DNA of 64,000 nt from Candidatus Lustribacter sp. (GTDB lineage: Bacteria > Vulcanimicrobiota > Vulcanimicrobiia > Vulcanimicrobiales > Vulcanimicrobiaceae), in the NCBI GenBank assembly GCA_965277805.1, contig OZ255842.1:3712001-3776000 (forward strand). Reading direction: 5' to 3'. The notes below the pieces were generated by a model, which did not search any database, was not told the DNA's origin, and saw nothing but the letters and a program-made list of their open reading frames with translations. Below are positions 28,342-37,319 of the stretch, in pieces. The first letter of the stretch is position 1. Every line of letters begins with the position of its first letter. The translations under genes and the position numbers were made by a program.

Positions 28342-29829
28342 ATGAGCGTTGCGATCGAACGTACCGGCTCGTCCGCTAAGCTCGGACCGAATACGCCGCA
28401 AAACGACCTCCGCACGTTCATCGCTTCGGTCGAGGCGCATGGCGAACTCGCGACCGTGCGCGACGCGCACTGGAACAAAGAGCTCGGCGCCGTCACCGAA
28501 GTGCTCTACCGGCAAAAGGTCGAGAAATCGCCGATGCTGGTGTTCGACGACATCCCGGGCTACGAGCCGGGCTATCGTTGCACGTACGGCATGTTCGGCT
28601 CGCCGTATCGTTTGGGTCTCGTGCTCGGCATGGAAACGGCACTCGCCGATAATCGCAAAGCGCAACTCGACTACTTCCGCAAGAACATCAAGAAGGCGTA
28701 TAAGCAGATCCCGCCCGTGATCGTCGACGACGGTCCGGTGTTCGAGAACATCGCGCGCGACGGCGACGTCGATGTCGAGATTTTCCCCGTGCCGATCCAT
28801 CACGAACAAGACGGCGGCCGTTACATCGGCACCGCCTGCGGCGTGGTGACGCGCGATCCCGATACCGGCCGCATCAACGTCGGCACGTATCGCGTGATGG
28901 TCAAAGGCAAGAACCTCCTCGCGTCCTACATCTCGAACGGCAAACAAGGCCGCATTCACCGCGACAAGTATCTCAAAGCCGGCAAGCCGTGTCCGGTCGT
29001 CATCATTTGCGGCATCGATCCGATCACGTATCTCGCCGCCGCGTACACGATGGCCGACAGCGTGCCCGAATACGACTGGTGCGGCGGCATGATGGACCGT
29101 CCGATGGAATTGGTCGAAGGCGAAACGACCGGCTTGCCGTTTCCGGCCCGCGCCGACATCGTGCTCGAAGGTTGGATTCATCCGAGCGACGTGACCCGTG
29201 AAGGTCCGTTCGGCGAGTGGCACGGCTACTACGCCGGCGAAGCCCGCGACGAACCGCTGATCACGATCGACCGCGCGTACTATCGCAACAAGCCGATCCT
29301 CACGTGCGCCGCGAGCCAGAAACCGCCGCACTCGCATCTCTTCGAACGCTGCTTCCTGCGTTCGGCCGCGCTGCTCGACTCACTCGAAGGCGCGGGCATT
29401 CCCGACGTCACCGGCGCGTGGCTGCACCAGGCCGGTGCCGGACGCACGTTCGCGGTCGTATCGATCAAGCAACGTTATTTCGGCCACTCGACGCAAGTCG
29501 GGCTCGTCGCATCGCAAGTGAATCCGGTCGGCTACATCGCGCGCTGGATCGTCGTTGTCGACGACGACGTCGATCCCACCGACATTCACGACGTGATCTG
29601 GGCGATGGGCACGCGCTGCGATCCGAAGACGCAGACGACGCTGCTCGACCGATGCTGGTCATCGCGCCTCGACACGATGGTGACCGATTACTCGCGCCTC
29701 TACAACTCGCGCATGGTCATCGACGCGTGTCGCCCGTACGAGCGGCTCGACTCGTTCCCGCAAGTCGCCCAGAGTTCACCCGAACTCGCCGCGGCCGTGC
29801 GGGCAAAGTACCCCGACCTCTTCAAGTAG
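28342..29829 (+). CDS. UbiD-family prFMN-dependent (de)carboxylase
   Basis: DGGRYIGT, NVGTYR, EGPFGEWHGYY, VVVDDDVDP, WAMGTRCDP. Confidence 0.92.
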   Translation: MSVAIERTGSSAKLGPNTPQNDLRTFIASVEAHGELATVRDAHWNKELGAVTEVLYRQKVEKSPMLVFDDIPGYEPGYRCTYGMFGSPYRLGLVLGMETALADNRKAQLDYFRKNIKKAYKQIPPVIVDDGPVFENIARDGDVDVEIFPVPIHHEQDGGRYIGTACGVVTRDPDTGRINVGTYRVMVKGKNLLASYISNGKQGRIHRDKYLKAGKPCPVVIICGIDPITYLAAAYTMADSVPEYDWCGGMMDRPMELVEGETTGLPFPARADIVLEGWIHPSDVTREGPFGEWHGYYAGEARDEPLITIDRAYYRNKPILTCAASQKPPHSHLFERCFLRSAALLDSLEGAGIPDVTGAWLHQAGAGRTFAVVSIKQRYFGHSTQVGLVASQVNPVGYIARWIVVVDDDVDPTDIHDVIWAMGTRCDPKTQTTLLDRCWSSRLDTMVTDYSRLYNSRMVIDACRPYERLDSFPQVAQSSPELAAAVRAKYPDLFK

Positions 29830-29836
29830 GATCGCT

Positions 29837-30787
29837 ATGCGTCGTTCACCGTTTTTGATTTCGCTGGCTGGGGCGGCCGTGGCTTCACGGGTTGGGGCTC
29901 AGGACTTGCCGGCGGTTACGCTGGCTACGCTGATCAACGATACAGCGACGTCGGCGCTCTACGCCGCGAAGGCTGGGCTGTTCACCAAGTACGGGCTCAA
30001 CGTGCAGTTGCAAATCTTGCCGACCGGTGCGGCTGGGCAGGCGGCGGTGGCCGGTGGAGCGGCGCAATTCGGGCTTTCGAGTCTGGTCGGTATCATCGCG
30101 GCGCACGAGAAGGGCATCCCGTTTACGCTGGTCGCGCCGGCGGGCGTCGTCACCTCGGACGTGCCGTACTCGCAGTTCGTCGTGAAGGCCGATGCGCCGA
30201 TCAAAACCGGCCGCGACCTCAACGGCAAGATCATCGGCGCAGCCGGGCTCAAGGACATGGACACGGTCGCGATCATGAATTGGGTCGACCTCAACGGCGG
30301 CGACTCGAAGACGCTGAAGTTCGTCGAGATGTCGGGACCGGTGGCGCTCGCCGCGATCGAACAAGGCCGCATCGACGGCGCCGACCTCAACACCCCGACG
30401 CTCACGCGCGGACTCGAGGACGGCAAAGTGCGTTCGCTCGCGCAGATCTTCGATGCGATCGCGCCGCGCTTCGCCAACACCGGCTGGTTTACGACGACCG
30501 ACTATGCTGATAAAAACCGCAGTATCGTCGAGAAATTCGCGCGCGCGATGGCCGAAGCGAATGCCTACTGCAACGCCCACCACGCCGATACCGTGCAGTT
30601 AGTAGCCGATAGCGCGAAGATCGATCCGAAGGTCGTCGCACGGATGGCACGGATCACGTTCGGCGATTATCTGCGCGCGGCCGACATTCAGCCGCTCGTC
30701 AACGTGGCTGCGAAGTACGGCGCGATCGCGAAACCGTTCGACGCGAAAGCGCTGATCAGCCCTTATGCGTTGAAGCCATCCGCATAG
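29837..30787 (+). CDS. ABC substrate-binding protein, NMT1/SsuA/TauA-like
   Basis: Signal peptide; GLFTKYGLNV, AVAGG, DLNGK, GRIDG; paralog of 32181 and 37320. Confidence 0.85.
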   Translation: MRRSPFLISLAGAAVASRVGAQDLPAVTLATLINDTATSALYAAKAGLFTKYGLNVQLQILPTGAAGQAAVAGGAAQFGLSSLVGIIAAHEKGIPFTLVAPAGVVTSDVPYSQFVVKADAPIKTGRDLNGKIIGAAGLKDMDTVAIMNWVDLNGGDSKTLKFVEMSGPVALAAIEQGRIDGADLNTPTLTRGLEDGKVRSLAQIFDAIAPRFANTGWFTTTDYADKNRSIVEKFARAMAEANAYCNAHHADTVQLVADSAKIDPKVVARMARITFGDYLRAADIQPLVNVAAKYGAIAKPFDAKALISPYALKPSA

Positions 30788-31484
30788 TCGCGTCGCGACG
30801 CATGCAGTAGTTCCAGTAATTGTCGATACCCGCTGCGGTGCGCGTCTGGGCGCGCTTCGCACGGGCGTCGGCTGCGTCGGGCCACTTGTAGCGGAAGCCC
30901 GTCATCGCGAGCGTGCACTGCGCTTTGACCGCCGCTTCGAGATAAATCCCGACCATCGTGCACTCGCGGATGTTCTTGCCCGTGAACGCGACGCCGTGAC
31001 TCATGAGAAACACCGCGTCGGCTGCACCGAGCGATTGGGCAAGGCTCACGCCGAGTTCGGGCGTGCGGATGAGCGAGCACGTTTCTTGAAACTTCGGCTG
31101 GTCGTCGAACCACGCGCCCTCTTTGCCGATCGGGTGCAGCGGTTCGTCGGTGGCGGCGAAGATCTGCGAGTAGAACGCGTGCGTATGGCCGACGGCGTGC
31201 ACGTCGGGCCGCGCGCGGAGAATTTCGGAATGAATCGGCCACTCGTGGTGCCGGTTGCCGGTGCCCTCGAGCACCTTGCCGTCGAAGTCGACCAGCAGCA
31301 GATCTTCCGGCCCGTAGACTTCGTCCATGCCGATATGGCTGCGCTTCATCCAGAAGCCATGACCGCCGGGGTCGCGCCACGACACGTGCCCGGACGTGCG
31401 GTCCTCGTGCCCTTCGGCGGCGAGAATCCGGTGCGACGCGCACAATTCGTTGAGCTGCGTCGCGAAGTCAGTTTTGTTGGCCAT
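30756..31484 (-). CDS. Class II aldolase/adducin family protein
   Basis: SGHVS, EWPIHSEILRARPDV.AVGHTH, FLMSHG metal ligands. Confidence 0.88.
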   Translation of the reverse strand: MANKTDFATQLNELCASHRILAAEGHEDRTSGHVSWRDPGGHGFWMKRSHIGMDEVYGPEDLLLVDFDGKVLEGTGNRHHEWPIHSEILRARPDVHAVGHTHAFYSQIFAATDEPLHPIGKEGAWFDDQPKFQETCSLIRTPELGVSLAQSLGAADAVFLMSHGVAFTGKNIRECTMVGIYLEAAVKAQCTLAMTGFRYKWPDAADARAKRAQTRTAAGIDNYWNYCMRRDATMRMASTHKG

Positions 31485-31544
31485 GTCAGGCATTTGTGAA
31501 TCGCATGAAGGAGGCCCTGCGCGCAGCCGGCGTACCTCCGCACC

Positions 31545-32063
31545 ATGAGCGGCCATCAGTACACCGCGACGATTCGGTGGCAGCGCGGCGCCGATGAAGC
31601 GTTCAACGACCGGCGGTACAGTCGCGCGCATACGTGGGCCTTTGATGGAGGGGCCGAGATCGCGGCGTCGGCCTCGCCGCTGATCGTGCGCGCGCCATTT
31701 TCCGATGCGCACGCGGTCGATCCCGAAGAAGCGTTCCTCGCGTCGGTCTCCAGCTGCCACATGCTCTTCTTCTTGGACTACGCCGCGCAAGCGAACTTCG
31801 TCGTCGACCGGTATGAGGATACCGCTAGCGCGACCATGGGCAAGAACGAAGCCGGCCGCGACTACGTCGCGACGATCGTCCTAACACCGCAAATCCACTT
31901 CTCCGGCGCATCACCTGCCCCCGAGCAACTCGCCGCGCTCCATCACCGCGCGCACGAAGACTGCTTCATCGCCAACTCCATCCGCACCGAAGTCCGCGTT
32001 GACCCATGTCATCCCGAGCTTGTCGAGGGACCAACCGTACTTAAGCCCGATCGCCACCGATGA
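31545..32063 (+). CDS. OsmC/Ohr-family protein with repeat-derived C-terminal tail
   Basis: DPEEAFLASVSSCHML, AHEDCFIANS; tail CHPELVEGP is encoded by the repeat at 32007-32032. Confidence 0.88.
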   Translation: MSGHQYTATIRWQRGADEAFNDRRYSRAHTWAFDGGAEIAASASPLIVRAPFSDAHAVDPEEAFLASVSSCHMLFFLDYAAQANFVVDRYEDTASATMGKNEAGRDYVATIVLTPQIHFSGASPAPEQLAALHHRAHEDCFIANSIRTEVRVDPCHPELVEGPTVLKPDRHR

Positions 32064-32097
32064 TCACGCGCGGTCCCTCGACAAGCTCGGGATGACA
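32007..32097. repeat. Inverted pair of type A repeats (REPIN-like doublet)
   Basis: TGTCATCCCGAGCTTGTCGAGGGACC at 32007-32032 and its exact reverse complement at 32072-32097; 39-bp spacer. Confidence 0.92.
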
Positions 32098-32116
32098 CAT
32101 AGACGTGAGGCGACGT

Positions 32117-32152
32117 CGCCTTGAGAAGCCGAGCGCGTAGGCGCGAGGTGTT
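32117..32152 (+). repeat. REP-like repeat type B
   Basis: CGCCTTGAGAAGCCGAGCGCGTAGGCGCGAGGTGTT, matching 43056-43091 with 3 mismatches and core 5387-5408. Confidence 0.85.
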
Positions 32153-32180
32153 TACTCCTTCTCCTCCGTCTACTTCTTCG

Positions 32181-33110
32181 CTACGAGCCAACCAGTAATT
32201 GCGAGGCGGGGAAGCTGTTCTTGAGGCCGCCGTATTTGGCGGAGGCGTCGATGAGGGGTTGCATTTCGGGGGTTGTCAGGCGCTCGGCGAAGACGACGCG
32301 CGATGCATTGGCTCCGACCGGGATGCCGGTTGAAGCTTCGAGGATTTTGGCCGACTCGGTTTGGTTGTGGTTCGCCCACTGCGCGGCCATCACCATCGCT
32401 TGCGCGTACGCTTTGACGACGTCGGGGTGCGCTTTAGCATAAGCTTGCGTGGTGAACCAGGTCCCGAGCACCCATTGTTTGCCGATCGAATCGAACGGCG
32501 TTGCGAGAATCTTGACTTTCTTGGCCGCCAGTGCGGCGCCTAGTTCGGGCTCGGCCATCATGGCCGCATCGATGCGGCCGGTCACGATCGCTTCGGCCGT
32601 GGCCGAGAACGGAATCTCGACAATGTGGGTTGAGGTCCAGTTACCGCCGTTCGTGTCCATCCACTTATTGAAGCCGACTTCCTGAACGTTCTTGAGGCCG
32701 CCGACGGCGATCGTTTTGCCGTTGAGGTCCTTGGCGCTGCGCAACGTCGAGTTCGTGGCGACAACGAGTTCGCTCTGATGCGTGCGCGAATCGTAGGTGT
32801 TCGCGCCGGCGATCGCAACGAACGGCAAGCCGCGCAGAAATGCGGCGCACAGCGAACTGAGATTGGCTTGCCCGATGTCGGCGGTTCCGCCGGCCACCGC
32901 GGCGGCGACCGATGCGCCTTCGTTGATCGGCATGATCTGTACCGTCAAGCCGACTTTTTTGAAGAAGCCCTTCTCCTGCGCGTAGTAGACTTGCGAGGCC
33001 GCATCGATCGGCGGCATCGCCACGCGTACCGTCGGCATCGCGGACTGCGCCCGTGCCGCCGAAGCGGCGCCCAGGGCGAGCATACCGCCCGCGAATATGG
33101 CTCGTTTCAT
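32181..33110 (-). CDS. ABC substrate-binding protein, NMT1/SsuA/TauA-like
   Basis: MKRAIFAGG signal peptide; YYAQEKGFFKK, AVAGG, KDLNGK, GRIDA. Confidence 0.85.
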   Translation of the reverse strand: MKRAIFAGGMLALGAASAARAQSAMPTVRVAMPPIDAASQVYYAQEKGFFKKVGLTVQIMPINEGASVAAAVAGGTADIGQANLSSLCAAFLRGLPFVAIAGANTYDSRTHQSELVVATNSTLRSAKDLNGKTIAVGGLKNVQEVGFNKWMDTNGGNWTSTHIVEIPFSATAEAIVTGRIDAAMMAEPELGAALAAKKVKILATPFDSIGKQWVLGTWFTTQAYAKAHPDVVKAYAQAMVMAAQWANHNQTESAKILEASTGIPVGANASRVVFAERLTTPEMQPLIDASAKYGGLKNSFPASQLLVGS

Positions 33111-33619
33111 CCTTGGAACTCCGGTGAATCTTGCATTTGCGTCATTTCGTGCGCCAGGTGTTCGGAGATCGGCGTATTGATGAACGCGATCCACGTCGAC
33201 GGCTTCTCCGTATCGAGGTTGAAGTGTTGATGTTCGACGCCTTCGGGGCGCAGGGGCAGCAGCATCAGGTCGCCGGCTTCCCATTCCCAGCGCTCGCCGT
33301 CGACCATCGAGTAGCCGCGGCCCTCGATCACGTAGATCACGAGACCGCCCTGATGTTTGTGCTTGCCCGACGTCGTGCGCAGTTCGTGCGAAAACACGAG
33401 CCACTGCTGCAGCGGCGTGTCCTTGTGAATCTGATGGTTGAGGTAGTACCGGATGCGGCCCTGGCGCGAAAGCTCGACTTCGCGGTCGTCCTTGTGAATG
33501 ACAACCGGACCCATGGCGTTGCGTTCGACGCGCTCGCGATAGAAATCGAGCATCTTGTCGTAGGTGCGTTCTTGACCGGGTTCGCGCTCGCGCGTGCGGG
33601 TGCGTTCGTTATCGGTCAT
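33107..33619 (-). CDS. Monocupin with intact 3-His metal site (gentisate-dioxygenase-like domain)
   Basis: SGKHKHQGGLVIYVIEGRG ... GDLMLLP..GVEHQHFN. Confidence 0.85.
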   Translation of the reverse strand: MTDNERTRTREREPGQERTYDKMLDFYRERVERNAMGPVVIHKDDREVELSRQGRIRYYLNHQIHKDTPLQQWLVFSHELRTTSGKHKHQGGLVIYVIEGRGYSMVDGERWEWEAGDLMLLPLRPEGVEHQHFNLDTEKPSTWIAFINTPISEHLAHEMTQMQDSPEFQG

Positions 33620-34134
33620 GCCGGCCGCCGTTGGAATTCGGGTGCGTCTTCGAGTTGCTCGAAGCCCGAGCCGCGATCGACGCTCGTGCACGCGTAGAGA
33701 TTCGGTTCGACCGCGAGGAAACGCGCCGGCGCCTCAGGGTCTTCGTTGAAGTGCTGCACGACGATGCCGCCGCGCCGAAGCGGCAGGTTGATGACGGCAC
33801 CCGCTTCCCACGGATGCTTCACTCCGTCGAGCAGCGTATAGCCGCGGCCCTCGATCACGTAGATCACTTGACCGCCTTGAAACTTTACCCGGCCCGTGCG
33901 GCTGCCGGGCGGTATCTCTTGCTCGAAGCAGAGATACGTCGAGAGCACCGTGTCTTTGATCTCGGGGTGCATGTACCAGCGCATGAACCCTTGGCGGTTG
34001 GCTTCAAGCGGCAGGTCGCGCCGCTTGAGCACTTGCATGCCGTCCTTGCGCTCGGCGCGCTGCCGGTCGCGCAAGGCGAGCAGTTCGCCCCAGAAGTTCT
34101 TCTCGGCTAAACGCTCGGTACGGTTGTCGCTCAC
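33616..34134 (-). CDS. Monocupin paralog lacking metal-binding histidines
   Basis: TGRVKFQGGQVIYVIEGRG ... GAVINLP..GIVVQHFN; GTG start overlaps the FAH stop (TAGTG). Confidence 0.8.
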   Translation of the reverse strand: MSDNRTERLAEKNFWGELLALRDRQRAERKDGMQVLKRRDLPLEANRQGFMRWYMHPEIKDTVLSTYLCFEQEIPPGSRTGRVKFQGGQVIYVIEGRGYTLLDGVKHPWEAGAVINLPLRRGGIVVQHFNEDPEAPARFLAVEPNLYACTSVDRGSGFEQLEDAPEFQRRPA

Positions 34135-35006
34135 TACGTACGCGCAGCGGCGGCGACGCGCGAGGTGACGGGCAACTTCATCTTGCCGACGCGCGCGATC
34201 TCGATCTCGACCGTGTCGCCGGGAACGAGCGGGCCGACGCCGGCCATCGTGCCGCTGGCGATGATATCGCCCGGTTCGAGCCGCGTCACATCGGAGCAGG
34301 TCTGAATCTGTTCGCGGATGCCGACGATCATTTGGTTCGCAACCGCATGCTGACGCAGCTCGCCGTTGACCCACAGCTTCATGTCGATGTCATCGGGCGC
34401 GCCGACCTCATCGGCCGTCGTGATCCACGGACCGACGGGGCAGAACGTATCGAACGACTTGCGCATGACGCGTTCGCCCGCGCCGCGCATCGTGATGTCC
34501 ATCAGACACGCGTAGCCGAAGACGTGATCGAGCGCCTTGTCGACCGGAATGTCGTTGCCACCGGTGCCGATGATCGTCGCCATCTCGCACTCGTGATGGA
34601 ACGTGCGGCCCGGGCGATCGGGAATGACGATCGCGTCGGCCGGTCCGATCAGCGAGGCGTTGGACTTCATGAAGAAGCCCGCTTCGTCGGCCGGCAGGCT
34701 GTTGGCAACGCCGAAACCGTTCGTCTTCATCTCCGCTGCGTGATCTCTGAAGTTCGACGGCATAGCGAGCAATTTGTGCGGCCACGGGATCGGCGTTTCC
34801 AATCGCACGCCGCTGAGCGGCTCCGCCTTCGCGGTCTTGAGCGCGGCTTCGATCTTCGGACGCAGCGTCGCGAAGTTCTTGATCACCCGGTTCATGCCGA
34901 CCGGCGGCCATTCACCCGGGTCGACGCCGCAGATTGCGGTGACGTCGACGATTTGGTCACCGGTAACGATACCGATTTTGCCACCATTAAAGCGTGCGAT
35001 TTTCAT
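34134..35006 (-). CDS. Fumarylacetoacetate hydrolase family protein
   Basis: FFMKS, HHECEMA, GYACLMDIT.R, RKSFDTFCPVGP, PGDIIASGT. Confidence 0.92.
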   Translation of the reverse strand: MKIARFNGGKIGIVTGDQIVDVTAICGVDPGEWPPVGMNRVIKNFATLRPKIEAALKTAKAEPLSGVRLETPIPWPHKLLAMPSNFRDHAAEMKTNGFGVANSLPADEAGFFMKSNASLIGPADAIVIPDRPGRTFHHECEMATIIGTGGNDIPVDKALDHVFGYACLMDITMRGAGERVMRKSFDTFCPVGPWITTADEVGAPDDIDMKLWVNGELRQHAVANQMIVGIREQIQTCSDVTRLEPGDIIASGTMAGVGPLVPGDTVEIEIARVGKMKLPVTSRVAAAART

Positions 35007-37264
35007 GCAACGATCCTTTGTTGGATGGAACGCCAGACCTTTTCCGTGGTCACCGGCATTTCCAGGTCTTTGACGCCGTACGGCTTGAGCGCGTCGAGCA
35101 GCGCGTTGACGATCACGGCCGGCGACGGGGTGACGCCCGCTTCGCCGCCGCCTTTGATCCCGAGCGGGTTGCCGGACGTGCGGTCCTCGGTCAGCTCCAG
35201 ATCGTAGGCCGGCACCTGAAAGGCGCGCGGCGCGGCGTACGACATGAAGCTCACCACCGGCTGGCCGCTGTCCGGATCGTAGGCGAGATGCTCGAAGAGC
35301 GCCTGGCCGATCCCTTGTGCGATGCCGCCGTGCGTTTGTCCGTCAACGATCATCGGGTTGATCACGCGCCCGGCGTCGTCGACCGATGTGTACCGCACGA
35401 TCTCGATCGCACCCGTGCGCGGATCGACCTCGAGTTCGCACACCGCGCTCCCGGTCGGAAATGCCGGAATGCGGCGCGCGATATCGGCCGTCGCGGTGAA
35501 CGTCTCCTCACGCTCGGCGAGGAGTTCGGCCGCAGCGATCACGTTGGACACGCCGAGCTCGCGCGCGCGTGCGTTCAGCGTCTCGCAAATCTCGACCAGC
35601 AGCGTACCGACCAGCCGCATCGAGCGGTTGGAGTGCGAACCGCCGCCCGACTCGATGAAATCGGTGTCGCCGGTGCGCAGCACGACGTTGCGATATGGTA
35701 CGTCGAGCAGATCCGCGACCACCTGCGCAAACGTCGTCTCGTGTCCCTGTCCGTTGGATTGGGTGCCGGAAACGATCACGACGGTGCCGTCGCGCTCGAC
35801 GGTGACGCTCACGCGCTCGCGCGGCGCGCCGACCGGCGTCTCCAGATAATTCGCGACCGAGATGCCGCGCAGCAAACCTTTGCTCTCACTCGCGGAGCGG
35901 CGGGCCGGAAACCCCGCCCAGTCGGCGCGCGCGATCACGCGCTGCATGTTGCCGGCGAAATCGCCGCAATCGTAGATCAGGCCGAGCGGGCTGTGGTAGG
36001 GAAACATTTCGCGCTTGATGAGATTGCGCTCGCGCAACGCGACGCGATCGAGCTTCAGTTTTTCCGCGGCCATATCGAGCAGCCGTTCAAACGCATAGAC
36101 GATCTCGGGGCGCCCGGCGCCGCGATATGGTGCCGTCGGCGTCGTGTTCGTCAGCACGGCCCGCACGCGCACGTGCCCGTGCGGAACGTGATACGGACCG
36201 GTCGCAACGCGAACGACGTTCTGCAGCGAGGCGAACGAGACGGTGTAGGCGCCGACGTTGCCGAGGTCGTCGTAGCGCATCGCCTGGATCAACCCGTCGC
36301 GCGAGAGCGCCATCGTCGCGCGCACCACGATGTCGCGGCCGTGGTAGTCGGTGGTAAAGCCTTCGGACCGGTCGGCGACCCAACGCACGATTTGGCCGAG
36401 CCGGCGCGCGGCCCATGCGCACAGGATCGGTTCGACGTGGATATTGTTGCGTGCGCCGAAACCGCCGCCGACGTCGGGCGTTACGTAGCGCACTTTTGCG
36501 AGCGGTACGCCGAGCGCGCCGGCCGCCGCGGCGCGATGCCGCACGACGCCCTGTCCGCCGGCCGTGATTTCGTAGATGCCGTTGGCGGCATCGTAGCGCG
36601 CGAAGGCCGCCCGCGGTTCCATGTGCGCGGCGATGACGCGCTGGTTCACGAACTCGTGCGAGATCACGAGATCCGCGCCCGCTATTGCGGCTTCGGTTCC
36701 CTCGGCATCGCCGTAGTCGAGGTCGAATGCCACGTTGCCGGGCGCTTCGCCGAAGAGCTGTGGTGCGCCGGGCAAAATCGCATCGCGCGATTGCGTGACC
36801 GAACCGAGGTGCTCGTACTCGATGTCGACGAGCTCGAGCGCATCGCGCGCGGCGGCGGCCGTCGTGCCGACGACCATCACGACCGCTTCGCCCACGTAGC
36901 GCACGACGCCGGTTGCGAGCGGCGGCTGCAGCGGTTCGATCACCGGATGGCCGGGGCGCGGCTCGAATGCGACGTGGCTAATGTCGACCGCGTCGGCGGG
37001 GTTCGGGAGATGCTTGATCGGGCCGTGTCCGTCGGCGGCATAATCGTCGGCGGTCAGCACTGCGAGCACGCCCGGCGCTTTTGCCGCCTCGCTCACGTCG
37101 ACCGACACGATGCGCGCGTGCGCGTGGATCGAGCGCAGGAAGCACGCGTGCAACGCGTTGCGCGGCGCGATGTCGTCGGTGTAGCGGCCTTGTCCCGTGA
37201 TGAGGCGTTGGTCCTCGCGGCGCGGGATCGACTGGCCCATCATTTTCGTCAGCGTCGTCGTCAT
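35003..37264 (-). CDS. Xanthine dehydrogenase family molybdopterin-binding large subunit (CoxL form II-like)
   Basis: RREDQRLITG, DVGGGFG, PYRGAGRPE, GQGHETT, GQTHGG, KGGGEAG. Confidence 0.92.
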   Translation of the reverse strand: MTTTLTKMMGQSIPRREDQRLITGQGRYTDDIAPRNALHACFLRSIHAHARIVSVDVSEAAKAPGVLAVLTADDYAADGHGPIKHLPNPADAVDISHVAFEPRPGHPVIEPLQPPLATGVVRYVGEAVVMVVGTTAAAARDALELVDIEYEHLGSVTQSRDAILPGAPQLFGEAPGNVAFDLDYGDAEGTEAAIAGADLVISHEFVNQRVIAAHMEPRAAFARYDAANGIYEITAGGQGVVRHRAAAAGALGVPLAKVRYVTPDVGGGFGARNNIHVEPILCAWAARRLGQIVRWVADRSEGFTTDYHGRDIVVRATMALSRDGLIQAMRYDDLGNVGAYTVSFASLQNVVRVATGPYHVPHGHVRVRAVLTNTTPTAPYRGAGRPEIVYAFERLLDMAAEKLKLDRVALRERNLIKREMFPYHSPLGLIYDCGDFAGNMQRVIARADWAGFPARRSASESKGLLRGISVANYLETPVGAPRERVSVTVERDGTVVIVSGTQSNGQGHETTFAQVVADLLDVPYRNVVLRTGDTDFIESGGGSHSNRSMRLVGTLLVEICETLNARARELGVSNVIAAAELLAEREETFTATADIARRIPAFPTGSAVCELEVDPRTGAIEIVRYTSVDDAGRVINPMIVDGQTHGGIAQGIGQALFEHLAYDPDSGQPVVSFMSYAAPRAFQVPAYDLELTEDRTSGNPLGIKGGGEAGVTPSPAVIVNALLDALKPYGVKDLEMPVTTEKVWRSIQQRIVA

Positions 37265-37319
37265 GCGATTGTGGCGCTCCCTCGACTACGCGCCTTGCGG
37301 CGCTGCGCTCGGGATGACA
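37265..37319 (-). repeat. Type A repeat variant with inserted GCAA-tetraloop hairpin
   Basis: Minus strand TGTCATCCCGAGC-GCAGCGCCGCAAGGCGCGTA-GTCGAGGGAGCGCCACAATCGC; fills the entire gap between an SBP stop and the Mo-enzyme ATG. Confidence 0.85.

Noticed and set aside
32007-32152. CRISPR array
   Set aside because: The repeats are inverted or dispersed, not regularly spaced direct repeats, and no cas genes are present.
35003-37264. Aerobic CO dehydrogenase (trace-gas oxidation)
   Set aside because: The active-site loop is PYRGAGR, not the form I AYxCSFR, and there is no coxM/coxS nearby; a Mo-hydroxylase of unknown substrate fits better.
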